From: a virus
DNA length: 64,000 nucleotides
Strand: one strand, 5' to 3'
Virus record (IMG/VR): IMGVR_UViG_3300045988_156843
Under the pieces are notes generated by a model, which made no database searches, had not been told where the DNA came from, and was given only the letters and a program-made list of their open reading frames with translations. A program made the translations under genes and the position numbers. Within the stretch, counting starts at the first letter, position 1; every line of letters starts with the position of its first letter. Positions 35,896-45,300 of the stretch are shown in pieces.

Positions 35896-37269
35896 ATGAA
35901 AAATAGAATAGTTGACATATTTGATAATATTACAGAAAAGGATGTAAATCTTGCGATTGATCGTGCTATTCATAAACATATGAATAAAAGAGAAGTCATA
36001 TCCTTTTTAGACAACAGACCGTCTAATTGCAAACAATTATATTCCGCATTAAAAGATGGATCATACATTAATATATTATCATATAAATATTTAGAAAAGA
36101 CAAATAAAAATGGTAAAGACAGGGACATCAGTAGTCCAACATTAGAAACTAGGATATACCAACATTTACTATTAAATTTGTTAGAACCTACATATTATCA
36201 GAAAGACAATAATTATGGTTTAAATTGCAAAAAGAAATCCGGTATAACTGCAACTGATAAAAAAAGATCTGTTGTACATAAGATGAAAAATATCTTTTAT
36301 GATCGATTGGATTTAAGTTATTGTTTAGTGATAGATCAAAGGAAGTGCTACGAACATATTAAGGAGAAATATTTCAGGAAAGCTATAAAGAAAATAGTTG
36401 CTGATAAAAAACTGATAGATTTTGCCGTAAATATATGTTTTGTAAATAATAAACTTCCGATTGGAACGCCAACTTCACCATTTGCTCATCATATCTTGAT
36501 GTTATCTTTTGATTATTTTGCAAAGAGTTTAACAAAAGAATGTGTAAGATACGCTGATGATAACTTTTTAGCTTTTCATACTAAAGAGGAAGCTCAACAG
36601 GCTAAATGGAGAATCAAGAACTTTTGGTGGTATGAATTAGGGATGCGTGCTAAAAGACATACAGTTAAAATACAGCCATTATCTATTCCTTTAGATTTTT
36701 GTGGCTATAAGTATTATAGAAATAACAATTCAAAAACTTCTCATAATAAAGGATATACAAAAATTAGAAAAAGAGTAGCTGACGATGCCAAACGCTGCAA
36801 TAATGATAGAAGTTGGGGATCTTACTTCGGATTATTAAAACATGCAGACACATGGTCATTAATGCGCAAAATAGAAAATAAAATGAGACTTACGGAACTT
36901 ACTAACAAGATCAAGATTGATCGCAAAATGGATGCTAAGAATATCCTTCCTAAAGAATTACTAGGCGAGGTTATATCCATTTATGAATATGAGATTAGAT
37001 ATGATTCTAAAGGCAATGCCAATTGGATTAAATGTTTAATTGGTATGGATGAAAAGGATGAAGATGGAGAATCTACTGGGAGAACAATCGCAAGAGAATT
37101 TCATGGAAACTTTCAAGGGATCATACAATATATTATCTTGTGCGAAAAGGCTTTTGGAAAGAAACAATTATTACCTTTGGAAGATGTTGAGATTGAGAAT
37201 CAATGTGGATACATATTCAAAGGAAGTACTAATCAATTAGAATATATAAGTAAAGATGAGAACAATTAA
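35896..37269 (+). CDS. DGR reverse transcriptase
   Basis: RT motifs VIDQRKCYEHI, LPIGTPTSPFAHHIL, VRYADDNFLAF (YxDD) and FCGYKY. The first ATG after the TR is at 35896; the longer track ORF from 35692 is just the TR read in frame. Confidence 0.85.
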   Translation: MKNRIVDIFDNITEKDVNLAIDRAIHKHMNKREVISFLDNRPSNCKQLYSALKDGSYINILSYKYLEKTNKNGKDRDISSPTLETRIYQHLLLNLLEPTYYQKDNNYGLNCKKKSGITATDKKRSVVHKMKNIFYDRLDLSYCLVIDQRKCYEHIKEKYFRKAIKKIVADKKLIDFAVNICFVNNKLPIGTPTSPFAHHILMLSFDYFAKSLTKECVRYADDNFLAFHTKEEAQQAKWRIKNFWWYELGMRAKRHTVKIQPLSIPLDFCGYKYYRNNNSKTSHNKGYTKIRKRVADDAKRCNNDRSWGSYFGLLKHADTWSLMRKIENKMRLTELTNKIKIDRKMDAKNILPKELLGEVISIYEYEIRYDSKGNANWIKCLIGMDEKDEDGESTGRTIAREFHGNFQGIIQYIILCEKAFGKKQLLPLEDVEIENQCGYIFKGSTNQLEYISKDENN

Positions 37270-37657
37270 TTATGTAGCTATTCCGGCTTTTGAATCGGAA
37301 GATATTAATAGAGATAAAACTGAATGGAAAAACGGTCAGTGTATTTCTATAGACGAAGGGAATTTTGTGACTTTATACATTGGTCATCATACTGAAGAAA
37401 CGATAACTCTTGAGAATGGTTCTGAATATACTCCCATGAAAGCATTTCCTATTAGAGTCATGAAACCAGTAAACAGGGATATGGCTATTAACGCAGCAGA
37501 GATGGAAGCTTATTGCCTTAATTCTGCAATGGAAGTAGCTAGCTTTTCTGCTTCAATGGCTCGGAAACATCGTGAGAATCCAAAAGATCAGGAAGTAAAA
37601 GAGCATGATGCATTTATATCTTGGGTGAAAGAAGAATTAACAAAAATAGGATATTAA
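37256..37657 (+). CDS. hypothetical protein translationally coupled to the RT
   Basis: Overlaps the RT end by 14 nt. 133 aa with a helical C-terminal half. Not Avd-like by eye. Confidence 0.5.
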   Translation: MRTINYVAIPAFESEDINRDKTEWKNGQCISIDEGNFVTLYIGHHTEETITLENGSEYTPMKAFPIRVMKPVNRDMAINAAEMEAYCLNSAMEVASFSASMARKHRENPKDQEVKEHDAFISWVKEELTKIGY

Positions 37658-37674
37658 CTTAAAAATTAACAATT

Positions 37675-38019
37675 ATGAAATATATCGTATTTCCGGTAAA
37701 GAAATTAAATGAAGTACCACAGGAGATTCTTGATGAATTACATTTAGTTCCTCGCAAAAACAATAATGGGACTGAAGTAATAATGAAATTGAGTCATTAT
37801 GAATTACTCTTTCCTGTTGCTGCATTACTTCCATTGACTGATGATGAGACTCCACTTGAGCCTGTGTATCCATATCCGGTATATGAAAATGAAGAATTAT
37901 CAGCCTTATTGTCATCATCCGAATGGTCGGGAGAGGAGGTTATAGCTCCTGTTTTGGAAACTATATCACCTAAGACGTCTACGAGATCAACAAAATCCAA
38001 GAAAACTACTGTATTATAA
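37675..38019 (+). CDS. hypothetical protein
   Basis: 114-aa ORF with a basic S/T/K tail; no motif recognised. Confidence 0.45.
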   Translation: MKYIVFPVKKLNEVPQEILDELHLVPRKNNNGTEVIMKLSHYELLFPVAALLPLTDDETPLEPVYPYPVYENEELSALLSSSEWSGEEVIAPVLETISPKTSTRSTKSKKTTVL

Positions 38020-38065
38020 ATTTATTTGTTATCTTTGTATACAATAACGAATAATATATTTCTGT

Positions 38066-38434
38066 ATGGATTGGACAAACATATTAATGTTGATATTCGG
38101 TAGTGGTGGGGCTATTGCCGGAGTTTCGTCTTGGATTAAGACAAGACCGGAAAAGATATCTTATGAAATAAAGAATCTTCGGGAAGTTATAGATGAAGTG
38201 AAAGAAAATCGTGAAGAAGACAAAAAAGAGTATGAGAACAACAAACTAAAGTTGGAGAGAAGATTAGGGGAAATGGAAATTAGAAATTCAGTTTTAGAGA
38301 AATCGATTCAACAATGGTTTAAATGTCATCACTTACCGCAAAATGGAATTTGTCCAGTCGCAGATTTTGTAGATAAATCAGAAGAACTCATAAAGAAAAG
38401 AGTTGATGAGATAAATGCAAAGAAACAATTATAA
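38066..38434 (+). CDS. membrane-anchored coiled-coil protein
   Basis: N-terminal TM segment (ILMLIFGSGGAIAGVSSWI) followed by a charged coiled coil. A weak hairpin (38439-38470) follows. Confidence 0.5.
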   Translation: MDWTNILMLIFGSGGAIAGVSSWIKTRPEKISYEIKNLREVIDEVKENREEDKKEYENNKLKLERRLGEMEIRNSVLEKSIQQWFKCHHLPQNGICPVADFVDKSEELIKKRVDEINAKKQL

Positions 38435-38541
38435 AACATGCCCGGCAGTCCAAAAGGAATCTACCGGGCACTACGTTTTATTTCATAAATTAAAAGTTCT
38501 CATTTGCAAATATAGATATATATTCGAATATAACAAATAAA

Positions 38542-41500
38542 ATGGTCGAAAAACTCTCAATATTTTCATTGGGACAGGACGGTAGCAAAACTCCTTTCCC
38601 TAACAATGGAGCACAAGCTGTAATAGCTGACTACCAATTTGTATCCGGGAGAATGGGTTCAATTAGCCTTTCGGCTACTTTAATGTATCCTCGTTGTCTT
38701 GATAATGAATGGGATGAGACACAGTTTGTTGAATTTAGGGGAGAAAAATATTATATCTTCACCACTCCTTCTTCTTCCAAATCCAATACCGATTTAAGAT
38801 GGAAGCATGACCTTGTATTTACTTCAGAAAGAATTCAGCTTGACAATACATATTTTTATGATGCGGTATCATCTGATGCTGCCAATATAGATCAATACGT
38901 TAGTAATAGCACTAAGTTCACATTTTATGGTGATATAAATGAGTTTGCTAAACGTATGAACTATTCTTTAAAATATTCAGGTCTAAAATATTCCATTGTT
39001 GTAGATGAAGGAATTAGCTCAGAAGGTAAACTGATGACTTTTGAAGATAAGTTTTTCAGTGAAGTCTTACAGCTAGTTTTTGAAACATATGAATTACCAT
39101 ATTATTTTGCAGGCAGAGTAATACATATTGGATTTTCCAGTAATGCGATAACTCAGACATTTAAATATGGGCATGACAACCAACTCCTTTCAATCACTAA
39201 GACAAACGCTAATTATCGTATAATTAATAGATGTACGGGTGTTGGTAGTGATGAGAATATTCCATATTACTATCCGAATGATAATCCAAAAGGAGATATA
39301 GGCGTACAAGCTGATGCAAATAATACTGCAATTAAACAAGCGGACATTCGGATTTCTGACAAAGATTTGTTTGCAGAGAAGGTAAATATAAACGAGACTA
39401 TAGAATATCGTGAAGGTGAAGCCGCAAATGCATATAGCTATAATTTGTGGTCTGACACTGGAATGCAGTATCAATATACTCTTAAGAATCAAGTAGAAAT
39501 CCCACGTGTTGAAGTAATAAATACTGTTCCAAAAACAGGAGTATGGAAGGGGACTATCCGGATGCGATTAAAAATGTATCGTGAAGGAAAGATGAGAGTG
39601 GGAATTCAGCCATTAATGAGACGGGTTTGGAAGAATGCAAATCCCCCTACCAAAGATTGGCAACCCGAAGGTCTTGAAATGAAATTTTCAGATGCGGAAA
39701 ACAACAACCTGACTTATACAAAGTTAAATACATGGGATTATAGTTTAGGTGATCTTGCAATAGGAGAATATAATTTAGATTTTATATTTCCATTCCAAAC
39801 CAATGAGTTTATAGACTATTATAAAGTCTATGCTGTCATTAAAGCAATCAGCATTGGATATGATGGCAAATATTGGTTTTTAAATAATGCGGTAGTATCT
39901 CTTCCTGCTATTGGTATTAGTATTACTAAAACTCCTGCTGTGGGAGATAAGTTTAAGCAAATTGAATTAAAGACAGATTATATTCCATATGCTCAGAATC
40001 TGATGCCTCCTATCTATAGAGAGAGCAAGGGATTGCAGCACTTTTACAATGCTAAGAATAATACATATAAGATTCCCGGTACAAATGAATATTATACGTT
40101 TGAAAACGAATATACTGAAGGGAATCCTAAAGAAATAATTGTAAAATTTGAAAATATTAAACCTTCAATTAAGGGAGTTAGGAATGCTGCCGGACAATTG
40201 ATTGGAGAGATTGCGGCTATTGCATTTGACGATGAGGATAATGACGAATTAGATAAAAAAACAAATGCATATCTACATCCATATTTCTATGTAAAATTAA
40301 GGAAGACAGATGGTACATATGGATTCAATCTATTCGAGCAAGGTATTTCAAGCGGTGAGATGACTCTTTCCATGACAAGTGGTAAATGTGCTGCTTGTAA
40401 TTTCATAGTAGAAGTAAAAGAGGAAGGTGAAGGTGAAAAAGCAATATTTCAGAATCCAGTACAAGTTGATAGCAATGGAAATATTGTTCCCGGTAACGCT
40501 GCAGAGAAAATTAACAAAAAAAATATTCAGGAAAGACAGCAGAATACTAGGACAAATGAAGTTTGGTTAGCTTTAAAAAAAGATGATTCGACTTTCAATA
40601 TAGTTATGCCTAATGAAACGAATAACTATAAGCCGGAAGCCGGAGACTCTTTTGTTATTCTAAATATTAAGCTACCACAAGCATATATATTAAGCGCAGA
40701 GAACGATCTGAAAGAAGAGATCATTCGATATATGGCTCAGAACAATAGCGAAAAATTTAATTTCTCAATAACATTTAGCCGTATATATTTAGAAAATCAT
40801 CCGGATATTCTTGCTCAATTAAATGAGAATGCTCGTTTGCAAATTGAATATAATTCTCAAAAGTATGAATTATATGTATCTAATTATACATACAAAGTTT
40901 CCAATAATGAGATATTGCCGGAAATTACTGTTGAGCTTTCAGATACGATTACAATACGAAAGGGAACATTACAAAAATCTATTTCCGCAGTCCAACAAAG
41001 TCTATTAAGCACTATCGGTTCTATTGACTTTCTGAAAATGGGATTAAAATACTTTCTTCGTAAAGATGTGCCTGATACTGCATTAGAACATATTACATTT
41101 AATGATGGCATTCTTGTAAGAGGTAAAAATGCCATTATTGAAGAATCAGCCAATGTTATATATGAGGAAGACGGTAATGCTATCTATGAGGAATATTCAG
41201 AACCTATAATGCCTATAGCTGAGGCTAATACATTAGGATCTCTTGATAATGTAGATGCTATTGTTGATGGGACTGTAAACGATAAAGTTCTTCTTGTTAA
41301 GAATCCCGGAAGTACGCAGTGGACTCAGGAAAAAATGTCCATCAATGTGGATAGTATTATCTATATATCTACACAGACATTATTGGATAGTACTAGAACG
41401 ACAGATTTAACTTTGAGCGCAGAAGATCATCAGGCAATTATCAAACTCTATGGAGATAAAAATGTATCCAAAAATACAGTTGTTTATAGAGGGAAAGAGA

Positions 41501-42363
41501 AACTAGGAAATCAGTATTTGGTAGCTCTTTCAATGTATGCCAATTTTTCTATCATTCCTGCATCTGAAGAAGGTGTCATGGATGTAGCTTATGTAAATCC
41601 GTCAGACGGTTTTCTTTATGCATTTAAAATTAAAACAAATGAAAATCGCAGTATTGCTACCGTTCCGGAAAAGAAATCAAGTGGAGGAGAAATTATCATT
41701 GATAGTGCTCTTTCTACAGAATCAGAAAATCCGGTAATGAATAAGATCATAACTCAATATATTAATGAGCTTATGGATGCTGTATTCCAAATAAGTATGA
41801 CTTCTTTTAGTGGAGGAGGCACTTATGAAATCGGAAGCAGTACAAAACCTGTATTGAGTTGGGTTATTAAAAGAAAAGGAGAAGAGGTTAATCCTACCAA
41901 TGCAACTGTGAACGGTAACAAGGAAGGTGTAGCGGCTAATTTTAAGTCTTATACATCTCCGGTTGAAATTACATCTAATAAATCATATACTGTAATAGCA
42001 TATTATAATTCTCAATCAGTGACTAGATCGGCATCATATTCATTTCTCAGTAAAAAGTATTTTGGAGTTTCTCCAAATACGACTTTGACAAATGATGAAA
42101 TATTAGCATTAAGCGGATGGGCATGGGCTAATAGTAGAACTATGAGCGAGTCCCTATTTGATTGCACAGGGGGTCGTTATCCATATTATGTAATTCCTGC
42201 AAGCATTTATTCAGGACTTGAAGTATGGGTAGGTCAGTTTAGAAATACAGACATAGTTGTTACTGATCAAAATGTAGTCAATGCACAAGGTTATACGGTA
42301 GCTTACAAAGTTGTGAGATTAAATACTATACAGTACGGTAAATTATACATATCATTCAAATAA
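38542..42363 (+). CDS. large tail/baseplate-fibre protein
   Basis: 1273 aa. It shares two modules with the next fibre gene: the FLRKDxxD...ITFNxGI..G region (from 41053) and IDSALSTESENPVMNKIIT (41698-41754). Confidence 0.55.
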   Translation: MVEKLSIFSLGQDGSKTPFPNNGAQAVIADYQFVSGRMGSISLSATLMYPRCLDNEWDETQFVEFRGEKYYIFTTPSSSKSNTDLRWKHDLVFTSERIQLDNTYFYDAVSSDAANIDQYVSNSTKFTFYGDINEFAKRMNYSLKYSGLKYSIVVDEGISSEGKLMTFEDKFFSEVLQLVFETYELPYYFAGRVIHIGFSSNAITQTFKYGHDNQLLSITKTNANYRIINRCTGVGSDENIPYYYPNDNPKGDIGVQADANNTAIKQADIRISDKDLFAEKVNINETIEYREGEAANAYSYNLWSDTGMQYQYTLKNQVEIPRVEVINTVPKTGVWKGTIRMRLKMYREGKMRVGIQPLMRRVWKNANPPTKDWQPEGLEMKFSDAENNNLTYTKLNTWDYSLGDLAIGEYNLDFIFPFQTNEFIDYYKVYAVIKAISIGYDGKYWFLNNAVVSLPAIGISITKTPAVGDKFKQIELKTDYIPYAQNLMPPIYRESKGLQHFYNAKNNTYKIPGTNEYYTFENEYTEGNPKEIIVKFENIKPSIKGVRNAAGQLIGEIAAIAFDDEDNDELDKKTNAYLHPYFYVKLRKTDGTYGFNLFEQGISSGEMTLSMTSGKCAACNFIVEVKEEGEGEKAIFQNPVQVDSNGNIVPGNAAEKINKKNIQERQQNTRTNEVWLALKKDDSTFNIVMPNETNNYKPEAGDSFVILNIKLPQAYILSAENDLKEEIIRYMAQNNSEKFNFSITFSRIYLENHPDILAQLNENARLQIEYNSQKYELYVSNYTYKVSNNEILPEITVELSDTITIRKGTLQKSISAVQQSLLSTIGSIDFLKMGLKYFLRKDVPDTALEHITFNDGILVRGKNAIIEESANVIYEEDGNAIYEEYSEPIMPIAEANTLGSLDNVDAIVDGTVNDKVLLVKNPGSTQWTQEKMSINVDSIIYISTQTLLDSTRTTDLTLSAEDHQAIIKLYGDKNVSKNTVVYRGKEKLGNQYLVALSMYANFSIIPASEEGVMDVAYVNPSDGFLYAFKIKTNENRSIATVPEKKSSGGEIIIDSALSTESENPVMNKIITQYINELMDAVFQISMTSFSGGGTYEIGSSTKPVLSWVIKRKGEEVNPTNATVNGNKEGVAANFKSYTSPVEITSNKSYTVIAYYNSQSVTRSASYSFLSKKYFGVSPNTTLTNDEILALSGWAWANSRTMSESLFDCTGGRYPYYVIPASIYSGLEVWVGQFRNTDIVVTDQNVVNAQGYTVAYKVVRLNTIQYGKLYISFK

Positions 42364-42369
42364 ACAGTC

Positions 42370-45300
42370 ATGGCAGATATACCCGGAACCAATGTCGCCT
42401 CCATGATAACTCCGTTTACAACGCAGGATATCATCGCTACACATAGTGAAACATATGGACAAGGAGGCTATAGAAGTGAGAAAACAGTTGCAGATATGAA
42501 CGCAATTATTGCGTCCCGTAGAAAAGAAGGTATGATTGTTCATGTCTTAGATGAAGACAAGGATTATATCTTAAAGGACGGTAAATTTGTTGTGAAGACA
42601 AGTGAGGTCATTGTCGATTCAGCATTGAGCACTACTTCTCTTAATCCCGTTCAAAATAAAGTAATTACCAATGCTTTAGATTCCAAACAAAACTCTTTGG
42701 TTAGCGGAACTAGCATAAAGACCATTAATAGTGTATCTTTGTTAGGTTCCGGCAATATAAATATACCTGTTATAACAGTAGATAGTGCAACAAGTTCTAC
42801 ATCTACAAATCCTCTACAAAATAGGGTTATAACAGCTTCCATTACTGATATAAATACTAAATTAACGCCAATATCTACAGCATGGAACAAGAAAAATACA
42901 GCTAATGGTTTTCTTGTATTGGATACAGCAGGATTAGTTCCTAGCAGTAATCTTCCTTCCTATGTCGATGATGTATTGGATGTGTATGCTACATATGATC
43001 AATCAGCAACTGGAACTATATCAAATGTTAAATTATATACAGATTCATCTAAAACGATTGCAGTAGTTCCGGAAACAGGAAAGATATACATTGATGTTTC
43101 ATCCGGCAAACCTCCATATCAATTCAGATGGTCAGGTACAGCATATGTTACATTGAATACCGGAGGACTTATTATTGGTACTATATCCGGTACAGCATTT
43201 GATGGTGGAAAAGGACAAGAATTATATTCTGAATATGCAGGAAGCCGAAAAACTATTTATCAAAGAGCATATTCCTTCTTCAATGCCATTACTCCTGCTT
43301 CAGATAAATTCATGCAAAATATATCAGCATCTTATACTGCCACTGCCATATCACTGACTAAAGCATATAAGAACTTTGCAGGGACATCATCATCAGAATC
43401 ATTAACTATAAATGCTGCTACTACAAGTAATGCAGGAGTAATGTCTGCAGCAGATAAAACTAAGTTAGATTCATATCAAGCCTCAACAGGAGCTACTCCG
43501 AATTCAATTGCCAAGAGAGATGAGAATGGAGACCTTACAATGCGGTATCCAATTACTAATGCCGGAGTAGATAATAGCTCATCTATTGATTATGTCGTAT
43601 ATATAAGCAATTCTGCTACAAAGTTTATGAGACATTGTTCATTGTCTCATTTTACCGATGTAATGCGATTGGTTACAACAACAAGTAGAGGATTAATGTC
43701 TCCGGCTGACAAAAAGAAACTGGAAGATATTGATACAGAGAAATTCCTTCGAAAAGATATTGATGATATAGCAAATGGAAATATTACTTTCAATAATGGT
43801 ATTTATGTGAAAGGTTCATATGCTAACCTTCAATCAATTTTTGAACAAGGAGGAAATTCTATCCTTGAACAAGGAGAAAACGGGATTATAGAAACAGCAG
43901 AGACACAAGCAGCACCAACTGATATTACATTAGCTGATTTAGCTAATGTTGATGGCACAGTTAACGAACCTGCATACAAGAGGATGATTTTAACTAAACT
44001 TGCCGGAGCTACGACATGGACACAAGAATACATTGATCCTCTTATTGAAATTACAGAAGCTCCTAGCAATAATTTATATTATGCTAGAAGAAATAAAGCA
44101 TGGGTTAATTTTACTCCTTTTTCCGGTAATTATTCAGATTTATCGGGAAAACCGACTATTCCTACTAAATTAGCAAATCCATATGCATTAACCTTTTCCG
44201 GAGCAGTAACTGCAACATATGACGGATCAGGCGCAGTCAATGTAAATATACCTGTCGGTGGAGGAGGTGGTGGCGGAAGCGTTATCGTAGATAGCTCTCT
44301 TAGTACAACTTCGGTAAATCCTGTACAGAATAGGGTTATAACAAATGCTATTAATAATGCCAATAGTAGCATACAAACCAATGCTGATAATATTGAAGCG
44401 ATAATGGCTATTATCGCCAATATACCATCTATAAGTATAGATACTGCATTGAGCACAACAAGTACCAATGCTGTTCAGAATAAGGTGATAACTGCCGCCT
44501 TAAATTCCAAACAGAATACACTTGTGTCAGGTACTAATATTAAAACGATTAACAGTCAAAGTATTGTAGGATCAGGAAATGTCAATCTCACTTATTCTTT
44601 TTCTCAGATAACTTCTAAACCAACTACCTTATCGGGATATGGAATTTCGGATGCATATACAATGACGCAAGTAAACAATGCCTTTGTATCTTTAAGCGGA
44701 AATGTAATTAGAACATCAGGGAAGCTATCAATGGCAGCAGACGTATTTGCAGATGATGGCTCCACAGGTGGTCTTGATATGAGAAATTCGAATATTGTAG
44801 GTGTAAATGGTATATATTTTAAAGATGCATCAGATAGTGACGGTGAATATATCAATTTTTACAGAGATTCTACTCATGTTGATTCTTTATATGCATTAAA
44901 TGGAGAATTACGATTTAAACCTAATAGAGTATTAGGTGCTATAACGACTGCATCAAATATAATTCTTCATACGGGGAATTATACATCATATGTACCTACA
45001 AAAACAGGGACGGGAGCAACAGGGACTTGGGCAATAAGCATTACAGGAACAGCCGAGTTATCTAAAGCTACAAATTTAATCAATGGATCATATACAGGAA
45101 GTGGAGGAAAACAACCGCCATCTTATATACCATCAGGGAAGATTAGATTTAACATGATGAATACTGTTGTTGGTACTGACTCTAACTATAAGGATTTCAT
45201 ATTAATGGACAGTTATACTGGTAATGATGTTCCTTATGTTACTGCAATTGGAGTAAGAAAAACTTCAACTCCTGAAGCATATATAATGTCAGGTGCAAAA

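Larger units (their letters stand above)
35386..37269 (+). mobile_element. diversity-generating retroelement cassette (VR-TR-RT, no Avd)
   Basis: Combination of the three features above in canonical order. Confidence 0.85.

Noticed and set aside
35503-35979. Antisense ORFs (158 aa and 89 aa) across the VR-TR-RT spacer, considered as possible Avd genes
   Set aside because: They lie opposite the TR and the RT start, have low-complexity I/R/S/T-rich sequence, show no helical-bundle character, and overlap functional elements. They are most likely shadow ORFs.
38503-38519. 17-mer tttgcaaatatagatat shared with 59332-59348 as a common regulatory site
   Set aside because: The match is A+T-rich and borderline against chance. 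Only the 59-kb copy sits in a sensible promoter context (minus-strand TATATTTG upstream of the initiator). The 38.5-kb copy would point antisense. I kept only the promoter candidate.
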